A stretch of DNA of 63,463 nucleotides, the filler included, from Reticulomyxa filosa (lineage: Eukaryota > Protista > Foraminifera): assembly GCA_000512085.1 (NCBI GenBank). It is 23 parts of 23 records of this genome, joined end to end, with 100 filler letters (N's around TTAATTAATTAA, not from the genome) between each part and the next. Parts side by side here need not be neighbours in the genome. Positions count along the whole stretch, not along the records: positions 25,299 to 27,127 come from ASPP01042111.1; positions 27,228 to 28,288 come from ASPP01034722.1; positions 28,389 to 29,437 come from ASPP01016152.1; positions 29,538 to 31,344 come from ASPP01003384.1; positions 31,445 to 34,781 come from ASPP01008804.1; positions 34,882 to 37,065 come from ASPP01024940.1; positions 37,166 to 38,511 come from ASPP01046425.1; positions 38,612 to 42,550 come from ASPP01010679.1; 15 more parts are not named here. One strand, given 5' to 3'. The translations under genes were made by a program, and so were the position numbers. Positions within the stretch are counted from its first letter, which is position 1, and every line of letters begins with the position of its first letter. The notes beneath the pieces were generated by a model, which saw only the letters and a list, made by a program, of their open reading frames with translations, was not told where the DNA came from and searched no databases. This document shows positions 26,769-38,612 of this stretch, piece by piece.

Positions 26769-27116
26769 ATGCACAATGTACAGCAAGGACAAAAGGTTGA
26801 AAACACCCCTTGTCACGTTGAAGACATAAAAAACTACAAGTTTATATTTCGATCGACGCCACTGGAGTCAAATCGTTACGACCCAATAAAAGTGATCTAT
26901 TTCCTGGCGTCTGCAGAAGGGTCTCATCATGAGGCAAACAGCTGCGAGCAGACTGACAGTCGATTGTCGGACAAAGGTATCCAGCAATGTAAAGTGATGA
27001 CCAAGTTATTGCGACGAGCACAGCAAATTGATCCTGATATGCTCTTGTGGTATGTTGCCATAGGTTCACCAACAACGATAGCAACATACAAAAACGTCAT
27101 GAAAAGAGGGGACTAA
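26769..27116 (+). CDS. Histidine-phosphatase (PGM-like) fold fragment lacking the RHG catalytic motif
   Basis: KVIYFLASAEGSHHEAN...DSRLSDKGIQQC...SP aligns by eye to KxIYLxRHGEGxHN...DxxLTxxGxxQ...SP. Confidence 0.5.
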   Translation: MHNVQQGQKVENTPCHVEDIKNYKFIFRSTPLESNRYDPIKVIYFLASAEGSHHEANSCEQTDSRLSDKGIQQCKVMTKLLRRAQQIDPDMLLWYVAIGSPTTIATYKNVMKRGD

Positions 27117-27227
27117 CGAAGTGCAAANNNNNNNNNNNNNNNNNNNNNNNNNNNNNNNNNNNNNNNNNNNNTTAATTAATTAANNNNNNNNNNNNNNNNN
27201 NNNNNNNNNNNNNNNNNNNNNNNNNNN

Positions 27228-28216
27228 ATCGATTTTCTCCATGAAAAATAAAGATTTAAATATAATTTTTTAAAAAAATATCTACTAATCCTTTTTTTTT
27301 TGCTAATTTTCTTTATTGTTGATATTTTTAATTGACATTTCAAAATTTTGATATTTAAAATGTTGAAGCATTTGAGTACTTTTAAGAAAGGAGTTGCTGT
27401 TGGTATGCTGGTTGGTGGAGTTAGCATTCAATATGTAGCAAAGAAATCTAATGTAAGTATAGCTTCGCTTCGATTTTGGCTGGGTCATATAAGTGTAATG
27501 GAACCGTAAAAAGAAAAGCTGGATCTGGCATGTCAGAGAAGATTGCTTTGCGAGTTCAGCGTAAAATTTTGATATAGATCGTTTCCGGAAAGTGCGAAAT
27601 GCAAAAGACGTCAAGAAAGAGTTAGATGATAGTGAAATCAAAGTTTCTTATGAAACTGTAACAAAAACTCTAAAGAGAAATGGTTTTTAGCATTAACTAA
27701 GAAGAAAAAGCCAGATTTAGATTATAATCATATTAAAGCATCTAGGTTAGTTGGAAGAAGTACAATGATTTGTGCTTGTTTTGGTGCAAAATGTATTGGT
27801 AATGCCTGCAAGATAGAAGGTGGTATGAACTCTGAAATTTATAAAAACGTATTATAAGACGACATGTTTAAAAGTGTAAATTAATGTGTAAATGATGAAA
27901 ATGACTTGTTGTTCCAACAAGACAATGCATCATGCACAAAGCCAAAGAAATAATGGATTACTTTAAAGAAAATAATATATAATTGATAAATTTTCATCTT
28001 AATTCAACAGACACAAATCCAATTGAGAATCTTTGTTGGATAATTAAATTAAAATTATACAAATGCAAAAAAATTAACAACAAACAAGAGCTTTGTGAAA
28101 AATTTGAAAAAATATTTGAAAAAACTGATACTCAACTATGTCAAGCTCTAGTTTAGTAAATGCCAATGAGAATTGAAGCTTTAATCAATGCAAAGGGAAA
28201 ACCAACAAAATGGTAA
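27228..28216 (+). mobile_element. Tc1/mariner DNA transposon relic (DDE transposase pseudogene, internally deleted)
   Basis: VSYETVTKTLKRNG, MICACFG...IEGGMNSEIYKNVL, LFQQDNASC, STDTNPIENL, MPMRIEALINAKGKPTKW*; many stops. Confidence 0.9.
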
Positions 28217-28399
28217 AAACATTACAAAAAAATATTTTTTTAACAAAATTTCAAATAATCAAAAAAAAGGTTTCAAAATTTTGTTAAANNNNNNNNNNNN
28301 NNNNNNNNNNNNNNNNNNNNNNNNNNNNNNNNTTAATTAATTAANNNNNNNNNNNNNNNNNNNNNNNNNNNNNNNNNNNNNNNNNNNNAAAAAAAAAAA

Positions 28400-29340
28400 A
28401 AACTGCACTTCAGTTTCTAAAGTATTGATTTGTTCGGTGAGTTCTGATTCTTTCAGCTCTTTTTCTTTTTGAGCTTGCTCCAAGTTTTGGCACGTTTGGT
28501 TATACTTTTCGACCCACTCGTTCACTTCAGACACATTTGACTGTGATTTCTCTTCGGTCAATTTGTTTATCTTTTTTCATTATTGTTGTTGTTGTTATTG
28601 TTGTCGCTGATTCAAGAGTTCATTTGACTAAAAAAAAAAAAAAAAAAAAAGGGCCACGTTTCAAACAATATAGTATGATAACTTGTTGCTCCAAACTTTG
28701 GATTCTTTCCGTCAATTGGCCTTCTTGTTCGACTTTTTCTTTGTGTAATGCATCCCGCTGTTTATTGTTTGTTTGTTTTTTAAAAAAGTTGAAAAGAAAA
28801 CACAACAGACAATAGCAATAACAATAACAATGACTTAAAAAAAAAAACAAAAAAACAAAAAAAAAACTTGTTGTTTCAATTGTTCATTATGAGATTGGAC
28901 ATTGGTAATGGCGGTGTTGTGTTCCTCTAGCAAGGTTTGCTTTTGCGCCGCCAACTCATCCAACCGAACCGTATGTTCTTTTTTCAACCTTTCGGTTTCC
29001 TCTCGCAGCTCATTAATGCGCGCGTCTTTGCCTTTCATCTTGCATCGCCACGAGTGTCCACGCCGATATTGTACAAACATCATATACACACACGTAAATA
29101 TGTTAACAGCAGTGAGAAACAGAGATTGAAATTAAAATCGAAATTAGGATTGGAAAAAGGGGGGAGGGGGGACACTACATATACATATACATATATATAT
29201 ATAATATATATATGTATATGTATATGTACTTCGCTGAGTCTTTGTGTCATATTATCTTGTTGTTGCATTAACAAATCTTTTAATCGAACCAATCGATCAT
29301 TGTCGGATTGAAGTTTTTTCAATTGCTCTTCATACGTGTC
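28400..29340 (-). CDS. Coiled-coil protein, internal exons
   Basis: Four E/Q/K-rich heptad exons bounded by GT-AG introns. Confidence 0.6.
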
Positions 29341-29619
29341 GCAAATTTTCTTTTTTTGCTGTTTTTTTTTTTTTTCCCAATGTTTGTGTATTTCAAAAGA
29401 AGCAAAGTGAAATGTAACCCCTTTTTTTTTTTTTTTTNNNNNNNNNNNNNNNNNNNNNNNNNNNNNNNNNNNNNNNNNNNNTTAATTAATTAANNNNNNN
29501 NNNNNNNNNNNNNNNNNNNNNNNNNNNNNNNNNNNNNAAAAAAAAAACAAAAAACCTATGTATGTATAATAAAAAAAAAAAAAAACGTATGTACGTATAA
29601 TAAAAAAACACACTTATAT

Positions 29620-30920
29620 ATGACAAAAATAGATTAATCATAAATGCCGTTTACTCTAGTAATGAAGTTTTGTTGCGAGTGTTAATGTTAAATGAGATGA
29701 ATGCGCTTGAAAAAATAAAATAAGTATCGCTGCCGAACCCTAAAGTGTTGGATAAAGATAAAAAATTTAAAAATAAGATGATACCAATCCCGATGAAAAA
29801 ATTTGTATAATAAGAAATACCGGGATATGGATGATAAAAGAAGATGTTGTGAATAACCTTGGAACAATTGCCCAAAGTGGCACGAACAAATTTATTGAAA
29901 TATGCCAGTTTGATTTTGGCTTTTATAGCGCCTATTTAGTGAGTAAGCGCGTGGTGGTAAGAAGTAGACAAAGTAAGAGATGTAAAAGTGATAACGAAGA
30001 TGAACAACGTGTGTGGAAAAGTAAAGCAAGCGCACTTTCAGGGTTCGTAATGACAGCGATAACCCGTACCTGATAAAACGGGGGACTGAGATAAACTTAA
30101 AAGATGATTGCGCAAACTTTTGTAAGGAAAAAAATTTAAAAGAACTTGTTAAAAAACACTCGCAATTTGTTGTTTTCCTGGTCAACTTGTTGACAATCAA
30201 AGAAGAAAAGGTTTTGTGTTTGTGTTTTATTTGTTTTGGATATACGTACATACGGGTGGGGGGAAGTGTTTCTACTTTTTTTTTTTAAGAACAAAAAAAA
30301 AAGAATTTGTGAATTGTTATTTGTTCCAAAGAAGGCAAAATATCAATCGATAAATCTAGTGAACTCAAGTCGTCCAAAGAAGATTTTTGCAAAATGAAGG
30401 AAAAACAAAAGTACACTTACTATATTACAGGTGAATCGCGAGCAAATGTAAAAGTGTCTATGTTTTTGGAAGCATTAAACTTGGAAGTCTTATTTTTAGG
30501 GCCTATCGACGTATCCGCGGCCCAACAATCGCGAGAATATGATAGAAAGAAATGTGTGTGCGTTACCAAAGTGGGTTTGGATTTACCCTTACTGAAGAAA
30601 AAGTTAGTTTTTTTTAAAAAGTATACTTATTTAAAAAAACTAAAAACATTACGTATAATTGGTTTTTGTGTTTTTATAGAAACAAGATGACGAAAAAGTG
30701 GCGTATGAATCTCTGGCAAAAAAAATGAAAGAAATCCTGGGGCAAAAGGTGGAAAAAGTCATTGTCGGCTATCGAATGGTTTATTCGACGTGTTCTTTGG
30801 TTACGAGTGAATATGGATGGTCAGCGAATATTGAAAGAATTATGAATGCTCAAGCCTTAAGAGATACCTCGATGGCGCGATACATGCCAGTAAAATTTGC
30901 TGGCCGTATCCATAAATTAA
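29620..30920 (+). pseudogene. HSP90: HSP90 pseudogene with internal deletions
   Basis: [66 protein letters not shown]...[29 protein letters not shown]; stops and frameshifts throughout. Confidence 0.92.
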
Positions 30921-31499
30921 TTTTTTTTTTTTTTTTACAAGTCAGCGTTTTCTGCTGCAACGTTTGGTTTGTATGTTGTTTGTTCTTCTGGTGCCTCTTT
31001 TGTTGTGATGGGACCAAAGAAATTGACTGTCTTCTTTTTCCCAAAATTTTTTTTAAATTTTAATTTTATTTTAAATTTTATGTTTTAGAAATAAATATTC
31101 TTTAACGTCTATTCGCAAACAAGCAAGCATTTTCTTGGTAAAAAGTTCAAAATAAATCAATTTTCATCAGCCTTCGCAAAAACTGCAACTTTAATTAAAA
31201 AAATGTGGAGTACTTTTCATGTTTATATACCACTTTGAACATTTTTGGATTTTTCAGTTAAACAGAAATTATCAGTAGTTAGGGTTATGCTGAATTATGT
31301 TTTGTAGTTTTAAAATTAAAAAAACTGTATTATTTAAAATATTGNNNNNNNNNNNNNNNNNNNNNNNNNNNNNNNNNNNNNNNNNNNNTTAATTAATTAA
31401 NNNNNNNNNNNNNNNNNNNNNNNNNNNNNNNNNNNNNNNNNNNNTGTATATTCCACTTCATTGCTCGATGCAAATATAGACACACACGTATGTGTGTAT

Positions 31500-31917
31500 G
31501 TGTATGTGTTATTGGCTTTAACAGTGATTCCAAGCTTTTATCCACAATCGGCGCTAATTGCGTGGATAATAATGCACTGAATAACCATGCCCAAGAACAC
31601 GCCCAAAATGGACATCCAACTCTTTTTTGTTTGTTTGTTTTTGTGTCACGTCTTGTTCAGTTTTGCACTTCTCACGTTAATGTCCAACTTTTTGTGGACA
31701 TTTTTGTTTTTCTTCTCAAAAAAAAAATAAAATACGGCATGGAGAACTAGTATAACTCTAGCAAATAAGGAATAATTAGTGATTCAGAAAGAGCCCACCC
31801 AAAACTTGCTGGTAAACTACCCAAGGAAATGGCAATTTTCTGTAAGTTACTCAGATGGCCTGCATAAACATGGTTATCAGAAACTTGCGTGGGATTCCTA
31901 TTCCTTGGCGTTGACAT
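31500..31917 (-). CDS. SUC/SLC45-like (GPH, MFS) sugar:H+ symporter, 5' part
   Basis: SFGWALSESLIIPYLLEL|...CSWAWLFSALLSTQLAPIVD resembles SUC/SLC45 TM1-2 (QFGWALQLSLLTPY...WLCGPxxGxxxQPxVG). Confidence 0.55.
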
Positions 31918-32575
31918 TTTTTTTTTATTCCCGATCCCAGGCTTTTCGAAAACTAACAACGACTGAAGTTGTCCAGTATTCGTTTAGTTTAAATTTTTTC
32001 ACATTTCTAGCTTTACATTAAAGAATTGGCACTCTCTGTCCTATAAAAAAATGGATTATTTGCACGCGAATACAATCCCCAAGCGATAACCAATGTTTAA
32101 TTTTAATAGTCTGCCAAAGAGTGAATTTTGACAATCATCCAAAAGAAATTGAAAATTAGACAATATTTTCGTATTACACTTTGTACCAGCCGCACACCTC
32201 ACACGCACATCGACAATTTGATTTATAATAAAAGCAATCCATAAAGTAACAACTGGCCGTAATTTAAAACGTATTTGAAAAATAGCCGAAAAAGAAGGAG
32301 CTTACTGCTAGCCATGAGAACTGTTTTGTTTTATTGGATGTGAAAGTGCATCAACTTCATTTGAATGACTAAAAAGAAAATCAGAAAAAGACAACTGCAA
32401 TGTCTTTGCATCGTTTAATGAAGAAAAACACATGTATCAAAAGAAAGACAAACAACACAAAAATTTATAATAGGTCTAGTTTAACAGCAACAAGATAAAA
32501 TACAATAACAATAATGAAAATGCTTTTTTATTTATTTTTTGTTTTTTTTATTATTGTATTAAATTGTATTGTTTG

Positions 32576-34240
32576 TTACGTAGTTTTGTTTTCGTCTTGT
32601 TGTTGATAAGTGGTAGTTTCAAGTATCCAATTGACCAACTCTTCACCTTGCTCAGCATCAAAAGTTTCCTGATGTTCTGTTTTGACATGATGAAAAGATT
32701 GGGGCATGGTCACAAAGTCAACTCCACTGGCATCATCTTGAGTATTCCCAGTATTTGTATCATTGTTGTTGTTATTGTTAGTATTGCTTGTATCTTTGCT
32801 GGTGTTATCAGACCGACTTTGATTTGGTTGCTCTTTGTGTTCCGACTCTTGTCCAATCATCCCAATTCCGCTCATCGGTTGGGTCGAGGTATTTCTATTG
32901 GGCTGTTTATCCGACTTTGGGGGCTATTTTATGTGCAATTCATCTGCAGTGATAAGTCATCTTTTTTTTTTTTTTTTTTAACAAAAGAAAAGAAAAAACA
33001 AAACTTGAGAAGATCTGAGTAGAGACTTTCGAATTTTTTTGGAAAGACGAGCCAAATCCTCTTTGGGTTCCCACATTTCATATTCTTTAAGAAGTTTGGG
33101 GAGAAGTAGATTTTGGACGAGCAAGTGTTGAACAAAGACAGAGGCAAAGGATTCGCCGACGAGGCTTTTTTTGACAGAGATGAGCAAGCCGAGACATTGG
33201 AGCGAGCACTTGCGAATCCACTCGCTGTCGAAGCGAGCCTTGTTCAGCTTCATGTAGCGCGTTTGCAAGCGAGCGGGCAGAGCCTGTCGAATGCTGTTGC
33301 GATAGCTATAAATCCCACCGAGCAAAGGGTTTAAGATTTCGTACAGAAGCAGATTTTCTTCAAAGCAAAACAGGTCGCAAAAGTACTCTCCAATTCGTAA
33401 TTCCAAATCGGCTGAGGAAATATCATTTGTGTCATCATTATCATTATCATTATCATTATCATCATTATCATCACCATTAGTCTCATTGGATTGGACTTGA
33501 ACTTTATTCTTCCACCATTGACGCATAAACTTTTCGTCTGGCTTTTCATTGATAGCGAAACAGCAATTGCGCACAATATCCCAAATGCCTTGATGGAAAA
33601 TTTGGTATTGCTGCTTGATTGGGGCATTGGGCTCAAATGCGTCGTAATTGATATTGTAATCCATATATGGTATCACGTATTTTAACAACAGTCTTCGATT
33701 CGGCTCCATCAGCAATTGTCTCCCCATTCGCTCTTGACACAGGTTCACAATTATGTATGGCAGGTGATGGTATGTCGAGATTTGCTGCGAGTTTTTTATG
33801 TCGATCGACTCCAACATGTGCAACAGTCTCACCACATTCAACCCAAACAACGGGGTATTCTCTTGCAACACTATCGTTCTCCCTATCGCTTCCCGCGTAC
33901 AGTTCACCAAAATCTTTATTAACAAGTCCTTTTGCGAATTTCCGGAACTTCGAATTTCTTTTATTATCACTTCCAAACTACTCTTGTTGGTCCCCAAAAA
34001 GTAATCCACAAAGTTTGGGTTCGTCGATAAGTTCACTAATGTCGTCGCCGAATGCTTCACTATCTCACCGTTACTGTCTGACAGCAGTCGCACCAAGTCG
34101 TTCCCTATCTTCAGTTTGGTAAAAAAGGGATGACTTTGCGCGTCCAGAGAGAGCCCACTCCAGATTTTCACTGCTTCTAATCGAACATCTGGTCTTGCAT
34201 GTCTCGAAAACTCTTGAATTTGGCGTAAATTTTCCTCCAT
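32576..34240 (-). CDS. HGH1: HGH1 (FAM203) eEF2 co-chaperone; exon 1 34240-33005, exon 2 32923-32576
   Basis: QIQEFSRHARPDVRLEAV...TLVNLS...VNLCQERMGRQ...VRNCCF...LKEYEMWE armadillo-like HGH1 motifs; a phase-0 GT-AG intron joins the two ORFs. Confidence 0.75.
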
Positions 34241-34881
34241 CTGAACTGTATTTAGTCCCCGAAAAGGGAGTACAAAAAAAAACTTGTTTTTTTTGTTGCT
34301 CTTTTGTTAAGTTTTATTTGTTTGTCATATTGTGAGCTGTTGCATAAAAAACGAGACAAGTAATCAATATCAAAACATCAAAATCTTCTTAGTAAGTTAG
34401 AGAAACAATTTCAATTAAATTGAACTTGAATCAATGCTATCTTTGATCAAAATTGTTGCATTCTATTTTGCAATGATTGAAGTAACTAACATTTCTTTTG
34501 ATATTATTTGAATTTGCACTTTTGTCAATTTATTTCTTTAATCATAAATAATAATTAATAATTTTAAAAAAGTGTGATGCATGTGTGATTTTTCGGGACC
34601 ACCCCCATATACATTTATATTTCAAAATTGATTTTATTATGGTGGATTTAGAAAAAACTATTGCCAGAGTCAATAGTGATTTGATCATATATATTTTTCA
34701 TTAGAGAAACTAAGTAAACACATTTAACATGATCATCTTATGTGAATTACACTTTTTATTTTGAAAAAAAAGATTTTTGCTNNNNNNNNNNNNNNNNNNN
34801 NNNNNNNNNNNNNNNNNNNNNNNNNTTAATTAATTAANNNNNNNNNNNNNNNNNNNNNNNNNNNNNNNNNNNNNNNNNNNN

Positions 34882-34919
<38 letters not shown>

Positions 34920-34921
<2 letters not shown>

Positions 34922-36968
34922 GAAACACGTTACGTTGCTGTACGGGCGACTCTTGTAATACATGTTTATCGTCTGGAGGCTGTGGTGATGGAGTGGGCAT
35001 TTCGATATGAATAATGGTATGCAAAGGCTTGGATTTTCACTGTGGTTTGGGGGATCACTTTGTTTCGTATTGTCATCTTGCACATGTAAAGAAGAAGTAG
35101 AAGAAGAAGGGCGCAAATGATATGGTTCTACTTGCTGTTGTTGTTGTTGTTGTTGTTGTGATTGTTGTGATTGTTGTAATTGCAATTGCTGCAATTGTTG
35201 ATCTTGGTCTTGCTGTTGCTGCAATTGCAAATGCTGCTGTATTTGTGGCTGCTGCAACGACAACGACAATGACAACATAACCGCATTCTGAGGATGTGAT
35301 AATTGTGGACGCTCCTTGACGTCTTTGACGTCGTCCAAAGCAAACTGATCCAAACTCAGATTGTCTCCAGCAGGCAAATGCCCCGCCGAAGGACGGGCTG
35401 CAGAAAGCGACGGTGATTGGTTGACATTTTGCAACTGCGCTGCTTTGCATACGGCGTCTTGAAAGCGCTCCCAACTCCCTTGCAACAACTGCATGACGTC
35501 GGTCTCGGCGTTGTCAAACAACTTGTAAAGCTCGATTGGAGTCGGAAGTTTGCTGGCTTTTTGCGTCGATGACAGCTCTTTATCGGAGCAGATCCTTTCC
35601 ACATTCGTCCAAAATTTTTTTAGCTGTTGCGTGGTGTTCCCACGCAAGTTGAGCATTTGCTCGGCCGACACGGGGTTGCAGTATCTGTCGTACAGCCACA
35701 GCGCCTGTCCCAATGGCTCCTCCACTTCTTTCAGCATCGTCAGTTTTGGAACATTCAGAGGGAGTTGAAGGGGGACTAGTAGTCCCTCTTTTTCAAAGTT
35801 TGATTTCGAGCTATCGTGTGTAGTAGTATACGTATGTTCATTAAAAAAAAAAATATATATATATATACATATATATGTTTATATGTTTATGTATTTTATA
35901 TATTTACAAAACATGTGCTTCTTTTGCAAATGATCTTTCCATTGATGCAATTGTACCAAAAACAATAAATTCTCCATTGCAAACTCTCTGAGCGCAATTG
36001 CGTATTGCACAATACGTATTTGAACATTAAAAAAACAATCAAAACAACCCAATTGCAAGTGATTCTTTTATATATACATATATATATATATATGTATATA
36101 TAAAAGAATCAGTTTTGCATACATACACACACACACACACATGCACACACCTGACCAAATGATTGGCAAAAATTTCCAAGCCTCGGTTGTGCCGAATGTA
36201 CTCGGGCATGGTGGACGACATGACAAACTGGAAGTGCTTTTTGTCGACAAAGTGGTGTATGTTGCCAGTGACGGCGACGGTGCTGTTTTGGTTGTATTCA
36301 AACTGCTTATGCTTGACAGGTCCAGCGACGGGACTGTCGGGGAAAGGCGAGGCCTTGGAAGTGGTGTCGAGTCCGCCAATGGCGTGAGATAAGCGGTGAG
36401 TAGTCTTATGTTCCTTCTTGGTCACACGTTGTTGCAAGTACTGATCGTTTCGTCTCACGACCAAAGTGGTCGAGATGAAGAGCAACAATTGTCCCCAAAT
36501 GGTGCAAAACAAAAAGAAAATCAGCGCGTGAATCCTCTGTCGCACCTTCTCTGGGTTTTGCAACAAGGCCAAATTCAACAACGCTGTTACAAAATACAAC
36601 GCCGTTATCACCACTGTCATCGTTGCACCTTCCATCAATTCCGCGCGAATTCGGAAAAAATCATCCATTTCGATCCACCTCAGCAAATATCGAATATACC
36701 ATACGCCCATCCAGGGCAACATTGTGAACACCGTCAACACTGCGTAAAAGCGCAAGTTGTCGCTACCGTACAGCACTCGCAACGATAGTATCACCACTCC
36801 TGACGTTATTATCCACAAGGGTGCGATTAGCTGCGCTACAAACCATGGCTTTCCCCACGTTCGATGATGTGTCAAAAACCAATTCCGCTGTACGTAATTC
36901 GCGTCCAATGTACTCATCCACACATTATTCGCAAGTGATATATGATATTGATAATCATAATACAACAT
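34920..36968 (-). CDS. 7TM-RGS protein with poly-Gln tail (partial, multi-exon)
   Basis: At least four TM helices, then GLEIFANHLVR|EFAMENLLFL...LYDRYC...MLNL...LFDNAETDVMQLLQGSWERF (RGS box), a Q-rich linker and the start of a Cys/His motif. Confidence 0.8.
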
Positions 36969-37249
36969 CCTTTTTTTTTTTTTTTTTTTTTTTAATAAAA
37001 CTTAATAATTTAGGTTTAAAAAAAAAAAAATAAAAAAAGGTAGTTTTTTTTTTTTTTTTTTTTTTNNNNNNNNNNNNNNNNNNNNNNNNNNNNNNNNNNN
37101 NNNNNNNNNTTAATTAATTAANNNNNNNNNNNNNNNNNNNNNNNNNNNNNNNNNNNNNNNNNNNNTATATATATATATATATATATATAAATGTATATAT
37201 TTATATATACATTTATTTTTAATAAATAATAGCTTGAAAAATTAAAAAG

Positions 37250-38295
37250 TGAAATTCGCAAACACAATTTGGACAAATTCGATTATCGCAGCAAATTGGA
37301 AGACTACGACCAATTGCAACAGATATCCTCCGAATTGCGTGAGCGACACGCCCAGCTGACGTTGAAGTACTTCAGCTTGGAATGCGATCACGAGCGGATG
37401 ATACACAGCTACAACAAGTTGTCGGAGCATCTCTCCGTCAAGCCGGTCACTCCGTATCAAGGCATGCACGCCAACGGCAACAGCAGCAACAGTAATAGCA
37501 GCAGTAGCAACATCAACATCAATATTCACGAAGACATGCAAGGCCAATTGCTTTCCCCTTCGTCCAATCCCAGCGTCGTTAGTCCCGAATATAATGTTTC
37601 CATCAACTTGAGCAGTTCGCACACAAATGATCATCATAATAACAACGGTAATAATAATAATAATAATAATAATATGTCCGAAAACAATGAAAATGATGAC
37701 GAAGCAAAAGACTCAGTGATTGTTATTCCATCGTTGGGAATGAAAGGAATCTTATCATCATCCTCTCCAGATCAAATGAATAATTTATTTTCTTCGACAA
37801 AAACATCGATGCGTCCACCGCAGCATCACAACTATACGTTTTTGCACAATATCGCCAACGCCTCCAGAGAAGAGATCCTCGAGGAGGTGGCACGACTAAA
37901 AGAGGTCATCCGTGACATGACCGAAAGCAAGTTTCAATTGCTGAAGAGCAATCAAATTGAAATTGCGAGACTGCGTCGTCTTCTGGCCAAATTCCAAGCC
38001 AATCACTCCGCCAAACCACATAACAGTTTTTGAATATATATATATATATATATACATATATGTATATGTTTATATACTAGTCACACAGACAAAAACAAAA
38101 CTCACTCCTCCTCTCAAATATGGGAAATGTTGTTGTTTTATAGCAACACAAGCAACTCGAGAAGAATGGCTCGCAGACGAAAATGACAACGACCTTTTGG
38201 CAGAGTCAGTCAGTCCTCAACCAAGACGAAAGCGTGCAAAATCACTTATAGCCAAAAACCAAACCAATTTGTGGTCATCTCTTGGCTCGACTTAG
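37250..38295 (+). CDS. Coiled-coil, Asn-rich hypothetical protein, 3' part
   Basis: 254-aa ORF plus a terminal exon after a (TA)n intron. Confidence 0.6.
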
Positions 38296-38470
38296 TCCCG
38301 TTCATGTTTGTTTTACCTCTCTCTCTTTCTTCTCTTACTAAGCTTACTCCATTTTTTTTTTTTTAACATTTAAAAAAAAAAAAAGAAAAAAAAAAAAGAG
38401 TGTCTTCAAAAATCATTTTGGAGGGGGAAAAAATATAGTTCCAATTTGATGTCGGATTTTTTTCTTTCTA

Positions 38471-38501
<31 letters not shown>

Positions 38502-38612
38502 TTTTTTTTTTNNNNNNNNNNNNNNNNNNNNNNNNNNNNNNNNNNNNNNNNNNNNTTAATTAATTAANNNNNNNNNNNNNNNNNNNNNNNNNNNNNNNNN
38601 NNNNNNNNNNNC

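Noticed and set aside
33113-34122. Antisense ORFs overlapping HGH1 (likewise opposite HEATR6, ARP3 and the 7TM-RGS gene)
   Set aside because: Shadow ORFs of real coding sequence with no independent motifs.
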